DNA of 32,000 nucleotides from positions 1,380,001 through 1,412,000 of the forward strand of contig NZ_CP042911.1 in assembly GCF_008065095.1 (NCBI RefSeq), written 5' to 3'. Origin of the DNA: Gemmata obscuriglobus (GTDB lineage: Bacteria; Planctomycetota; Planctomycetia; Gemmatales; Gemmataceae). Every line of letters begins with the position of its first letter. The stretch's first letter is position 1. The notes below the pieces were generated by a model. The model was not told the DNA's origin. It was given only the letters and a program-made list of their open reading frames with translations, and made no database searches. Both the position numbers and the translations under genes were made by a program. Positions 15,307-24,644 of the stretch are shown one piece after another.

Positions 15307-17940
15307 TCAATCTTCGCACACCACGCGGTCCCCGAACGCGGCCCGCAGGGCGCCGCGGCCGCGGTCCGTGAGCCGCCACCCGCGGACGGTGAGCGCGTTC
15401 AGCGCGGCCAGAGCCTCCGAGGCGGCCAGCTCCCGCGCCGCCTCGTCGCCGGGGGCGGTCGCGCCGGTCTGCTCCAGGTCCAGCTCTTCGAGGTTCCGCA
15501 CGTTCGGCGACCGCGCCAGCGCCCGCACCGCGTCGTCCGTCAGCCGGTCGCGCCCGCCGAGCCGCAGCGCGGTGAACCGGGCCGTCACCGGGGCCGCCGC
15601 CAGCGCGCGCACGCCGTCGGCCGTCAGGCCGGCCGAGCGCAGGTCGAGGCGCTCCAGCTTCGTCAGGTGCGTCGCGGCGAGCAGGGACCGCAGGCCGCGG
15701 TCGCCCACCGTGTCGCAGCCCGCCAGCCCGAGCGCCCGCAGCCCCGCCAGGCGCGGCGACGCCCCGAGCGCGGAGATTCCCTCCGGGCCGATGCGATTGG
15801 CCCGGCCGTTCGGCTCGTCCCGGCGGGCGCCGAAATCGAGCGCCGTGAGGCCCTCCGGCGCGGCCGCGGCGAGCAGGCGCGCGGCGGTATCGTCCAGGCC
15901 GCACGGGCCGAACGCGAGTTCCTCCAGCCCGGCGACGTGCGGGGACGCGAGGACGTGCGCCAGCTCGGCCGGCGCGACGGCGGCGAACTCGAGCCGCGGC
16001 ATGCGCGCGAGGTGCCGGCGGCGGGCGAGCACCTGGAACGCCCCCTCGCCGGTCATGTTCCCGCGCTGCACCTCCAGCGGGAGCAGCGCCAGCGGCGGGA
16101 ACCGGGCCAGCTCGTTCGCTATCGTGTCCGGGACCGGGCCGTTGAACCGCACCTTCCGGAGGAACCCGCGGTCGAACGACTCGCCGTCGTCGAACAGCTC
16201 CGCCCACGGCAGCAGCGGCGCCAGCCAGTCGTCGCGGCCCCGCTCGAACCACCCGCGCCAGCGCGCGATGACCTCCTCCGGGGCCGCCGCCTCCGGGTTC
16301 TGGAGGCTGACGACGACCCACCAGGGCGAGTCCACATCGCGCAAAAAGCTGCTGTACAGTTCGCGCGTCTTCATGTCGTCCGGGTGGTCGAGGATCGCCT
16401 GCACGAGCCGGTCGCCGACGGCCGCGTTCACGTCGTCGTCCGACCCGCCCGCCTGAACCTCGGCCCGGACCGCTTCGAGGTGCTCGTCGGTCAGGAAGCC
16501 GGCGTCGGCGCTGAACACCGTCAGGTGCGGCAGCGCCGCGATCAGCCGCCGGCCCGCCGCCCGGCCGATCCTGTTGTCGCCGAGTGTGTTGTTGCCGAGC
16601 GTGAGCCAGCGGAGCCCCCGCAGGTGCGGTGAGGCCGCGATGGCGTTGGCCCCTTCGTTGCCGATCGCGTTGTGCTCCAGTTGGAGCTGGCGGAGGCGCC
16701 GCAACCGCGGGGAGGCTGCCAGCGCCCCCGCGCCGGTCGAAGTGATCTGGTTCCGCGACAGCTCGAGTTCGCGAAGCTCCGAAAACCCGTCGCAGGCGGC
16801 GATCGCCTCCGCGCCGGCGTCTTCGATCCCGTTGCGTCGCAGGAACAGCTCCTCGGGCCGGCCGAGGTGCGGCGACGTGGCCACGGCCACCACCCCGCCC
16901 GTCCCGATGTTGCCGTGGTCGAAGTGGATCACCTGGAGCGTTCGGAGGCCGGGCCACCCGGCGAACGCGACCCCGCCGGCCTCGCCCAGGTCGTCGTTGC
17001 CCAGGTACAGCTTCTTGATCTGCTTGAAGTGCGTGGTGCCGGCCAGCACCTCCATCGACTCGGACGTGAAGCCGCACCCGCGGAGCCAAAGCTCCGTGAT
17101 GCCGGTCAGCCGCGTGGCCCCGGCGAGGGCACGCATCCCCGCGGTGCCGATGGGCGAGTAGTCGGCCCCGAGGGTCCGAAAGCGGTCCGGGTTCAGCGCG
17201 GCCAGGACGCCGGCGAGGTGCCGGCCGGCGAACGCATTCATGTCAGCGAGCGACAAGGATTCGAGTTGCGGGAAGCGGCCGACCAGTTCCGGTAGGGTCA
17301 CGCCCGTCGCCGGGCACCCGAACATCGAGAACGACCGAATGGACGACAGCGCGGCCCCATCAGCGAGAACCTGAATGGCGTCGTCCTCGAACGGCACCGA
17401 TTCGAGTGACAGGCGGTGGAGCCCCGCGAGGTGCGGCGACCCCAGCAGCGTGCGGAGCGCGGCGGGGGCGACCGCCCCGCTGAGGTTCAGCGCGCGGACC
17501 CGGCCGAGGTGGGGGCAATCCGCCAACCGCTCGGCGGCGGGTTCGAGGTGCCTGAGGTGCAGCGCGGACACGGGGGACACGGCCCAGAGTTCGTCGCCCC
17601 GCTCGACGAACACGGCCGCGTCGATCACCACCTCGTTCACGAACCCGCGCGAGAAATCGCCGTGCACCCGGCCGCGCGCGTTCAGGTCGTGGAGGGGCTG
17701 GAGCCAGCGGTCGCGGTTCCGGGCCAGCAGTTCGCGCTCGCGGGCGGCGAGCCGGGCCAGTTCCCCGGACGGGAGGTCGCCCTTGCCGTCGGAGTTCTGG
17801 TGCCGGGCGATCTGCGCCCGGATGAACTCGGCCCGCTCGGGGTCCGCGTTCTCGTCGAGCCAGTCGGCGAACACCAGGCGCGGCGTGTCCTCGTCCGGGT
17901 GCGCGGCGATGGCCGCCATCAGGGCGTCGCGGTCGTTCAC
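15307..17940 (-). CDS. TIGR02996 (repeat-companion) domain protein with RNI-type leucine-rich repeats
   Basis: N-terminus LMAAIAAHPDEDTPRLVFADWLDENADPERAEFIRAQ. Many repeats of about 28 aa of the type L..L.L..N.IG..GA.A.A.SP.L. A second TIGR02996-like module (LVQAILDHPDDMKTRELYSSFL) is followed by a second LRR block. Start taken at GTG 17940; the track start lies in repeat DNA. Confidence 0.85.
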   Translation of the reverse strand: MNDRDALMAAIAAHPDEDTPRLVFADWLDENADPERAEFIRAQIARHQNSDGKGDLPSGELARLAARERELLARNRDRWLQPLHDLNARGRVHGDFSRGFVNEVVIDAAVFVERGDELWAVSPVSALHLRHLEPAAERLADCPHLGRVRALNLSGAVAPAALRTLLGSPHLAGLHRLSLESVPFEDDAIQVLADGAALSSIRSFSMFGCPATGVTLPELVGRFPQLESLSLADMNAFAGRHLAGVLAALNPDRFRTLGADYSPIGTAGMRALAGATRLTGITELWLRGCGFTSESMEVLAGTTHFKQIKKLYLGNDDLGEAGGVAFAGWPGLRTLQVIHFDHGNIGTGGVVAVATSPHLGRPEELFLRRNGIEDAGAEAIAACDGFSELRELELSRNQITSTGAGALAASPRLRRLRQLQLEHNAIGNEGANAIAASPHLRGLRWLTLGNNTLGDNRIGRAAGRRLIAALPHLTVFSADAGFLTDEHLEAVRAEVQAGGSDDDVNAAVGDRLVQAILDHPDDMKTRELYSSFLRDVDSPWWVVVSLQNPEAAAPEEVIARWRGWFERGRDDWLAPLLPWAELFDDGESFDRGFLRKVRFNGPVPDTIANELARFPPLALLPLEVQRGNMTGEGAFQVLARRRHLARMPRLEFAAVAPAELAHVLASPHVAGLEELAFGPCGLDDTAARLLAAAAPEGLTALDFGARRDEPNGRANRIGPEGISALGASPRLAGLRALGLAGCDTVGDRGLRSLLAATHLTKLERLDLRSAGLTADGVRALAAAPVTARFTALRLGGRDRLTDDAVRALARSPNVRNLEELDLEQTGATAPGDEAARELAASEALAALNALTVRGWRLTDRGRGALRAAFGDRVVCED

Positions 17941-18032
17941 GGTTCGTCCCCGTTCGAGAGTACGAATGCATGGCGGAATGATGCCCGCCCGGGGCGCTGC
18001 CAGCCGGGGCGCGGGCAATGTGGGCCGGCGGG

Positions 18033-18398
18033 AAGGGAGCAAAGGCAACCTACCCCCAGCCCCTCCCTGAAGGGAGGGGAGCAAAGCACGGGCGCATCGA
18101 TTCCGCCTCGGGTGCGCGGTGGCTTTTGCTCCCCCTCCCTTCAGGGAGGGGGCTGGGGGGTGGGTCTACGCCCCGCGCGCGCCTCTCGCTCCGGGACCAC
18201 TCCTCCCGGCGCCACCCCCTCCCTTTAGGGAGGGGGCCGGGGGGTAGGTTGCCTTTGCTCCCCCTCCCTTCAGGGAGGGGGCTGGGGGGTGGGTTGCCCC
18301 GCGCGCGCCTCTCGCTCCGGGACCACTCCTCCCGGCGCCACCCCCTCCCTTTAGGGAGGGGGCCGGGGGGTAGGTTGCCTTTGCTCCCCCTCCCTTCC
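18033..18398. repeat. G/C hairpin repeat cluster A (5 full cores plus 1 truncated; includes a 126-bp tandem duplication)
   Basis: Core CCCCCTCCCT-TCA/TTA-GGGAGGGGG plus C(C/T)GGGGGGT(A/G)GGT occurs in both orientations. 18170..18295 is repeated at 18296..18396. A 119-bp unit with inverted hairpin ends spans 18047..18165. Confidence 0.9.
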
Positions 18399-18468
18399 GC
18401 TACGACCGCACCACCGCGCGGTATGTGCTCGCCGGCCCCGACCGCGCGGGTGCGCCCGCCCCCCGTTC

Positions 18469-19482
18469 CTACGGCTCGTCGGTCACCACGACCGGGGCGG
18501 TCTTCGGTACTTCCAGGTCGCTGGTGTCCAGCCGCCCCTCGCTCTGGAGCTGGCGGAAGATCGCCACCGTCTCCCGGATGCCGGCCTCCAGCGCCGTCTT
18601 CGGCAGCGGCCCCAGGTCGCGCTGCAACCCGTCGTCCGACAGGTCGTAGGCGATGGCGATCTGCGTGGTGCCGAACGTCACCAGCTTCGCCGCCTCCGGC
18701 AGCACCGCCGCTAGGGCCGCGTGGAAGTCCTTCATCGTCACCACCGCGCCGCGCAGGTTGTAGCTCTTCGCGCCGGTGTACGGCCGGGCCAGCGACTGCA
18801 CGAACACCTCGGCCACGTCCCCGACGTACTGGAAGTCGGTCCAGCCGCCGAAGTTGATGTGGTACGGCCGCCCCAGCAGCGCCGCCTTGATCGCCTTCGT
18901 GGGCTCGGACGTCATGCCCAGGTCGCGGCCGGCGCCGTACACGGTCCACGGCCGCAGCCCCACGCTGGACAGCCCGAAGTCCTGGAAGTAGATCCGCGCG
19001 TTCCCCTCGTTGCAGCACTTGAACACGCCGTAGTGCGTGCTGGGGATCAGCGGGGCGTCGTCCCCCTGCGCGCCGGCCGGGTACTTGTCCGGGCCGCCGA
19101 ACACCGCCGCGGAGCTGGCGTACACCAGCCGCTGCACCTGCGCCCCGGCCGCCCGCACCGCCTCGAACACCGCCAGCGTGCCCAGCACGTTCACCTTCGC
19201 GCCCAGCATCGGGTCGGCCCGGCACGTCGGCACCTGCAACCCGGCCAGGTGGATGACGTGCGAGATCTGGTGCGCGGCGATGGCCGCGGAGAGGGCCTTG
19301 AGGTCCGTCACGTCGCCCGGCACGAAGGTCACCTTCGCGACCTCGCTCTCGGGCAGGACGAGCCGGAGCCGGCGGGCGTCCTCGCGCAGGTCGTACACCC
19401 ACACCTGGTCGCCGCGCCCGAGCAGGTTGCGGATGATCCACGCCCCGATGAACCCGTACCCGCCGGTAATCAGCACGCGCAT
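18469..19482 (-). CDS. NAD-dependent epimerase/dehydratase (extended SDR family)
   Basis: MRVLITGGYGFIGAWI (GxxGxxG Rossmann motif) and catalytic YGVFK (YxxxK). Start taken at the internal ATG 19482; the track N-terminal extension translates repeat DNA. Confidence 0.9.
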   Translation of the reverse strand: MRVLITGGYGFIGAWIIRNLLGRGDQVWVYDLREDARRLRLVLPESEVAKVTFVPGDVTDLKALSAAIAAHQISHVIHLAGLQVPTCRADPMLGAKVNVLGTLAVFEAVRAAGAQVQRLVYASSAAVFGGPDKYPAGAQGDDAPLIPSTHYGVFKCCNEGNARIYFQDFGLSSVGLRPWTVYGAGRDLGMTSEPTKAIKAALLGRPYHINFGGWTDFQYVGDVAEVFVQSLARPYTGAKSYNLRGAVVTMKDFHAALAAVLPEAAKLVTFGTTQIAIAYDLSDDGLQRDLGPLPKTALEAGIRETVAIFRQLQSEGRLDTSDLEVPKTAPVVVTDEP

Positions 19483-19519
19483 TTGAGAGAGCCCTCGCCG
19501 CAAAAATGAGAGGAGATCG

Positions 19520-19892
19520 ACCGCAAAGGAGGCAGAAGGCAGTGATAGCCACAAAAAGCACAACGGGCACAACAGAAAACCGCAGAGGAAGGCAGAAGGC
19601 AGGAGATTGGCCGCAAAAAAGCACAAAAAAGCACAAAAGGAAACCGAAGAGACAGCAGAGAGATTGGCCGCAAAACGGGAACAACAGAAGACAGGAGAGA
19701 AAAGCAGAAGAGCGATTGGCCGCAAAAAAGCACAAAAAGCACAAAAGGAAACCGAAGACCAGGACAAAGAGAAGTGCTTTTAAACTCACTCTTCTGTCTT
19801 GGTCTTCTGTCTTCTTTTGTGCTTTTTGTGCTTTTTTGCGGCCAATCGCTCTTCTGTCCTGGTCTTCTTTGCGGCCAATCTGTCTTCTGCCT
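19520..19892. repeat. T-poor/A-poor modular palindrome with GATTGGCCGCAAAA modules
   Basis: GATTGGCCGCAAAA occurs at 19605, 19662 and 19714; its inverse occurs at 19834..19847 and (13 of 14 nt) 19868..19880. A 46-47 bp direct repeat starts at 19605 and 19714. A 152-nt hairpin spans 19705..19856, with 43-bp perfect outer arms (19705..19747 and 19814..19856). Confidence 0.9.
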
Positions 19893-19894
19893 TC

Positions 19895-22627
19895 TTATTG
19901 CGGCTTCTTGTCTTCTTCCTTCGCCTCGGCGTCGCCCACGTTCTCCTGGGCCACCTTGGCGACGGACACCAGCTTGTCACCGTCGCGCAGGTTCATCACC
20001 CGCACGCCCTGGGTGTTGCGGCCCACGATGCGGATGTCGCCCACCTTGCTGCGGGTCACCATGCCGTCCTTGGTGATGAGCATGATCTCGTCGCCGTCGC
20101 GGACGCTGGTGACGCTGATCACCTTGCCGTTCTTGGCGGTCACCTTCACGTCCTTCACGCCCTTGCCGCCGCGGCCCTGGAGCCGGTACCGCATGCCGGA
20201 CGGGTCGGCCTCGGCCTCGCCCTCGGCCCCCTCGGGCGCCTCCGGCTCCACCACCTCGGGCTCCGGCGCGGCCTCGTCGTCGGCCTCCACCGCCCCCTCG
20301 GGGAGGGGGGTGTTGGCCCCGAACGGGGTGCGCTTGCCGTACCCGTTCTCGCACACCGTCAGCAACAGCCCGTCCGGGTCCGCGACCACCATGCCCACGA
20401 GCGCGTCGTCCTTGCCGAGCTTGATCCCGCGGACCCCGCGGGCGGTGCGGCCCATCGGGCGGATGGCGGACTCGCGGAACCGGATCGCCATCCCCTTCTG
20501 GGTGCTCAGCACCACCTCGTCGTTGGCCCGGGTGAGGGCCACGTTGATGAGTTCGTCGCCTTCATCAAGCGTGATGCCGATGATGCCGCCCTGGCGGACG
20601 TTGCTGTACGCCATCAGGTCGGTCTTCTTCACCGTCCCCTGGCGGGTGGCCATGAGCAGGTGCGCGCCCTCGACGAACTCGCGCACCGGCACGATGCTGC
20701 TGATCTTCTCCCCCTCGGCCAGGGACAGCACGTTGGCGATGGCCCGGCCCGGGCTGGTGCGGCCGGCGGTGGGGATGCGGTAGACCTTGAGCCAGTACAT
20801 GCGGCCGGTGTTGGCGAAGCACAGCAGGTACGCCTTGGTGCTGGCGACGAAGAAGTGCTCGACGAAGTCGTTGTCCCGGAGCCCCCCCTGCACGCCCTTG
20901 CCGCCGCGGCCCTGCACCCGGTACTCGGTCAGCGCCATCCGCTTGACGAACCCCTCGTGCGAGATCGTGACGACGTTCGGCTCGTCCACGATCAGGTCTT
21001 CCATGTCCACGTCGCCGCCGTCGTCGGACACCTCCGTCTTGCGGTCGTCGCCGTACTTGGCGGCCATCCGCTCCAGGTCCTCGCGGATCACGGCGTGGAT
21101 GTTGGCGTCGTCGGACAGGAGCGTCTCGTACCCGCGGATCAGCTCGCGGAGCTGGAGGTACTCCTTCAGGATCTCCTCGCTCTCGAGGGCCGCGAGCTGC
21201 CCGAGCCGCAGGTTCACCACGGCCTCGGCCTGCTGCTCGGTCATGCGGTACTCGGCCACCGCGCCCAGCTCGCGCTGGAGGGCCGCGAACGCGCCCTCGC
21301 CGATGGCCCGCTGCATGAGGGCGGCCGGGACCGCGAGCCCCTGGAGCCGGGCCTTGGCCTCGGCCCGGTTCGGGGACGTGCGGCAGATCTGGATCACCTG
21401 CTCGATGTCCGCGATGGCGATGAGCTGCCCTTCGAGCACGTGGCCGCGCTTCTTGGCCTCGCGCAGCAGGAACTCGGTGCGGCGGCGGATCACGTGGACC
21501 CGGTGGTCCAGGAACTTTTGCAGCATCTCCTTGAGCGTCAGCTCGCGCGGGCGGCCGTCCACCAGCGCCAGCATGATGATGCTGACCGTCTTCTGGAGCT
21601 TCGTGTACTGGTAGAGCTGGTTCAGTACGAGGTGCGGGTCCTTGCCGCGCTTGATCTCGACGATCAGCCGCACCGGCTCCCCGTTGCGGGCGCTGGACTC
21701 GTCGCGGACCCCGCTCACGTCCGGGATGCGCTCCTCCTTCACGAGGTGCGCGATCTCCTCGACGATGGCGTTGCGGGTGACCTGGAACGGCACCTCGGAG
21801 ATGAGGATGCTGGGGGACCGGCCCTTCACCTCTTCCATCACCTGCGCGCGGGCGCGGAGGGTGATCTTGCCGGCCCCGCGGGCGTAGGCCTCGAGCAGCC
21901 CCTGGCGGCCCATGATGATGCCGCCGGTGGGGAAGTCCGGGCCGGGGATGATCTGGATCAGGTCGGCGAGCGTGGCCCCGGGGTTGTCGAGCAGCAGGAC
22001 GAGCGCCTTGCACACCTCGCGCAGGTTGTGCGGCGGGATGTGGGTGGCCATGCCGACGGCGATGCCGTCCGAGCCGTTCACCAGCAGGTTCGGGAACTTG
22101 CCCGGGAGCACGAGCGGCTCGCGGTACTTGCCGTCGTAGTTGTCGATGAAATCGACGGTGTCGCGCTCGAGGTCTTCGAGCAGTTCGCCGGCGGCGGGCG
22201 TGAGGCGGGCCTCCGTGTACCGGTGGGCGGCGGGGGGCAGGCCGGCGATGGAGCCGAAGTTCCCCTGCCCGTGGACCAGCCGGTACCGGAGGTTCCAGTC
22301 CTGGGCCATGCGGACGAGCGAGTCGTAGATGCTGGCGTCGCCGTGCGGGTGGTACCGCTTCATCGTCTCGCCGATGATGCCGGCGCACTTGCTGGTGGAC
22401 GACGCCGGCCCGAGCCCGAGGTCGTTCATGGCCACCAGGATGCGCCGCTGCGACGGCTTGAGCCCGTCGCGCACGTCCGGCAGGGCGCGGCTGATGATGA
22501 CCGACTGGGCGTAGGTGAGGTAGCTGTCGCGCAGCTCGTCGACGATGTCGAGCGGGTTGATCGGCGCGACCGCGCCCGCGGCGGGTGGTTCGTTGGGACC
22601 GGACGGCGGTGTGGTGGCGTCGGCCAA
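19895..22627 (-). CDS. gyrA: DNA gyrase subunit A
   Basis: 910-aa ORF with canonical blocks: [37 protein letters not shown] and the active-site [11 protein letters not shown]-terminal beta-pinwheel repeats are present. Confidence 0.97.
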   Translation of the reverse strand: MADATTPPSGPNEPPAAGAVAPINPLDIVDELRDSYLTYAQSVIISRALPDVRDGLKPSQRRILVAMNDLGLGPASSTSKCAGIIGETMKRYHPHGDASIYDSLVRMAQDWNLRYRLVHGQGNFGSIAGLPPAAHRYTEARLTPAAGELLEDLERDTVDFIDNYDGKYREPLVLPGKFPNLLVNGSDGIAVGMATHIPPHNLREVCKALVLLLDNPGATLADLIQIIPGPDFPTGGIIMGRQGLLEAYARGAGKITLRARAQVMEEVKGRSPSILISEVPFQVTRNAIVEEIAHLVKEERIPDVSGVRDESSARNGEPVRLIVEIKRGKDPHLVLNQLYQYTKLQKTVSIIMLALVDGRPRELTLKEMLQKFLDHRVHVIRRRTEFLLREAKKRGHVLEGQLIAIADIEQVIQICRTSPNRAEAKARLQGLAVPAALMQRAIGEGAFAALQRELGAVAEYRMTEQQAEAVVNLRLGQLAALESEEILKEYLQLRELIRGYETLLSDDANIHAVIREDLERMAAKYGDDRKTEVSDDGGDVDMEDLIVDEPNVVTISHEGFVKRMALTEYRVQGRGGKGVQGGLRDNDFVEHFFVASTKAYLLCFANTGRMYWLKVYRIPTAGRTSPGRAIANVLSLAEGEKISSIVPVREFVEGAHLLMATRQGTVKKTDLMAYSNVRQGGIIGITLDEGDELINVALTRANDEVVLSTQKGMAIRFRESAIRPMGRTARGVRGIKLGKDDALVGMVVADPDGLLLTVCENGYGKRTPFGANTPLPEGAVEADDEAAPEPEVVEPEAPEGAEGEAEADPSGMRYRLQGRGGKGVKDVKVTAKNGKVISVTSVRDGDEIMLITKDGMVTRSKVGDIRIVGRNTQGVRVMNLRDGDKLVSVAKVAQENVGDAEAKEEDKKPQ

Positions 22628-22852
22628 AGAAGGCTCCTTGGAGTGTGCCCCGCGCGGCCGAAACGGCGGCGGTCCCGTGGCGACTGGTAACCCGCGAAGT
22701 ACGTTGATATTCTAGGGAAATCGTGCCCCCCGAGCCAGCGCCGTAGCGGCCCCGCGGGCGGTTTTTGGTGCGCGGAAAGTGGAAGCCGAGTAAACTGGCC
22801 GGGCGGCCCCTCCGCGGGGCGCGCGGCCCCTCCCCACCGACGGTACTTCGCC

Positions 22853-23419
22853 ATGCGTTCGATCGTCCCGTTCGCGGCGGCCCTGGCCCTCGCCGGCCCC
22901 GGCTTTTCGGCCCAGCCGGCGCCCGACGCCGCCACCCCGGCGGCCGAACTCACCCGCACCAAAGCGCTCAAGGCGAAGGTGAGCATGGAGGCCCGGGACG
23001 CGCGGCTCGGGGACGTGCTCAAAGAGTTCGCCGCGCAGGCCGACGCCCGAGCGGATATGCTGATCCTGTGGGCCTACGGCCCCGGCTTCCCGCACGCGCA
23101 GCGGGTGACCTACCGGTGCAAGGACAAGCCGGTCGAGGACGCGCTCGCCGAGGTGCTCAAGGCGGCCGGCGGCGGGCTGGGCTACACGGTGGTGTCGAAG
23201 GACGGCGACAAGCGCGACGGGTGGGTGCTGCTCACCGCCGCCGCCGCGACCGCCGAGGACGAAAAAGCCGCCGCCGACCGGGTGGCGCAGGCCAAAAAGC
23301 TGATCGACGGCGGCAAGCCCGACCCGGCCAAGACGCTGCTCACGCTGGTGGTGCAGAAGTACGGCGCCACCAAGGCCGCCGCCGAGGCACGCGAGTTGCT
23401 CGCCAAGCTGGGCAAGTAG
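22853..23419 (+). CDS. secreted hypothetical protein (weak STN-like N-terminal region, helical C-terminus)
   Basis: Signal peptide MRSIVPFAAALALAGPGFSAQ. Coding-like composition. No confident family. Confidence 0.7.
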   Translation: MRSIVPFAAALALAGPGFSAQPAPDAATPAAELTRTKALKAKVSMEARDARLGDVLKEFAAQADARADMLILWAYGPGFPHAQRVTYRCKDKPVEDALAEVLKAAGGGLGYTVVSKDGDKRDGWVLLTAAAATAEDEKAAADRVAQAKKLIDGGKPDPAKTLLTLVVQKYGATKAAAEARELLAKLGK

Positions 23420-23521
23420 CCCGCGCGCGAACAAATCGCCGTCACGGGCCGCCGGCACCGAATTCACGACGTATTCTGTAGCCGGCCGGGGTGATCCACG
23501 AACCCGCCTGCGGTGTCGCTT

Positions 23522-23592
23522 CCTTGACGAGCCGCGACCGCCAGGGAGCGGTGTAACGTGTCCCGCTCCCTGGCGGTCGCGGCTCGTCAAGG
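23522..23592. repeat. 30-bp perfect-stem palindrome of the TTGACGAGCCGCGACCGCCAGGGAGCGG module
   Basis: 23522..23551 is the exact reverse complement of 23563..23592, with an 11-nt loop. It is the same module as at 13573..13600 and 14813..14840. No T-tract follows. Confidence 0.85.
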
Positions 23593-23705
23593 GAGCGGCC
23601 GGTGCGGCTCGGGTGGTGTCGCGCCGGGCTCGCGTGGCCGGTGCGACACTGAAGGGTTATTCTCCGCCCCCCACTGTTCCGTGTCCGTACCCGAAGGAAG
23701 CGACC

Positions 23706-24425
23706 GTGAGCGGCATTTGGGGTAACCGCGAGGTGCCGTGGATCCCGCCGGAACTGGCGGAGCCCGACGGGTTCGTCGGGGTGGGCGGCGACCTGCGCCC
23801 GGCCACGCTGCTGCGCGCCTACGCCGACGGCGTGTTCCCGTGGTTCAACGAGGGCGACCCGATCCTGTGGTGGTCCCCGGACCCGCGCGGGGTGATCGAG
23901 CTGCACGGCGAGTCGGCGGACGGGGCGCCGGGGTACGGCGGGCTGCACGTGTCGCGGCGGCTGGCCCGGACCATCCGCTCGGGCAAGTTCCGGGTGACCG
24001 TGAACCAGTGCTTCGCGACGGTGATGCGCGAGTGCGGGGAGCGCCGCCCGGAGGGCACCTGGGTGACCCCGGAGATGCTGGCCGGGTACGCCGAGCTGCA
24101 CCGGCTCGGGCACGCGCACAGCCTGGAGACGTGGGTGTGGGCCGGGGGCGCGGGGCCGGACGCCTGGGAGCTGGCCGGCGGCACCTACGGGGTGAGCATC
24201 GGCGGGCTGTTCGCGGCGGAGTCGATGTTCTACCGGGTGACGGACGGCTCGAAGGTGGCGCTGGCGGCGCTGGTGCAGCGGCTCCGGGAGCGCGGGTACG
24301 TGCTGCTGGACGTGCAGATGAAGACGGACCACACGACGACGATGGGCGCCACCGAGGTGCCGCGCCGCGAGTACCTGAAGCGGCTCCGCCGCGCCGTCGC
24401 CATGACCGGCATCAGCTTCGCCTGA
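23706..24425 (+). CDS. aat: leucyl/phenylalanyl-tRNA--protein transferase
   Basis: LLRAYADGVFPWFNEGDPILWWSPDPRGV, GVSIGGLFAAESMF and LLDVQMKTDHTTTMGATEVPRREYL are typical L/F-transferase blocks. GTG 23706 is preceded by GAAGGAAG and gives a 239-aa protein; the track start is 23613. Confidence 0.9.
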   Translation: MSGIWGNREVPWIPPELAEPDGFVGVGGDLRPATLLRAYADGVFPWFNEGDPILWWSPDPRGVIELHGESADGAPGYGGLHVSRRLARTIRSGKFRVTVNQCFATVMRECGERRPEGTWVTPEMLAGYAELHRLGHAHSLETWVWAGGAGPDAWELAGGTYGVSIGGLFAAESMFYRVTDGSKVALAALVQRLRERGYVLLDVQMKTDHTTTMGATEVPRREYLKRLRRAVAMTGISFA

Positions 24426-24437
24426 CCGCGCGAAGGC

Positions 24438-24629
24438 GACCCACCCCAAGGCAACCCACCCCCCAGCCCCTCCCTGCAGGGAGGGGAGCAAAGGCAACCT
24501 ACCCCCCGGCCCCCTCCCTGAAGGGAGGGGGAGCAAAACCAGCGCCCCCATCTCGCGTCGGGACCACTCCTATCGGCGCCACCCCCTCCCTTCAGGGAGG
24601 GGGCCGGGGGGTAGGTTGTCTTGGGGGCC
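24438..24629. repeat. G/C hairpin repeat cluster B (3 cores)
   Basis: Contains a 122-bp unit (24496..24617) bounded by perfect 36-bp inverted ends AACCTACCCCCCGGCCCCCTCCCTGAAGGGAGGGGG. Confidence 0.9.
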
Positions 24630-24644
24630 GGGAAGCGTGCGCCT

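Noticed and set aside
15008-17089. Long alternate-frame ORFs (15008..16456, 15292..16632, 15176..17089, 16672..17295) over the LRR gene
   Set aside because: Only the 15307..17940 frame yields regular LRR periodicity and the TIGR02996 motif. The others are Arg/Pro/Ser-rich shadow frames.
18018-18857. ORFs translating the hairpin repeats into recurring peptides such as [12 protein letters not shown] (also 18050..19789, 26061..26486, 26141..26427, 28681..28953, 31740..31925)
   Set aside because: The same peptides appear in several frames and on both strands wherever the DNA repeat occurs. The ORFs start and end within repeats and lack Shine-Dalgarno context. This is a DNA-level repeat, not protein coding.
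19483-19920. N-terminal extension of the epimerase ORF (FCAFCAFLRPIA...) and the plus-strand ORF 19506..20783 (KKHKRKPK...)
   Set aside because: These are translations of the purine/pyrimidine-skewed repeat. The epimerase has a canonical MRVLITGG start at 19482, and the plus ORF continues antisense into gyrA.
19799-22690. 963-aa ORF antisense to gyrA, and the 607-aa alternate frame 20565..22388
   Set aside because: gyrA in the minus frame has unmistakable conserved blocks. These are shadow ORFs with HRP-rich low-complexity translations.
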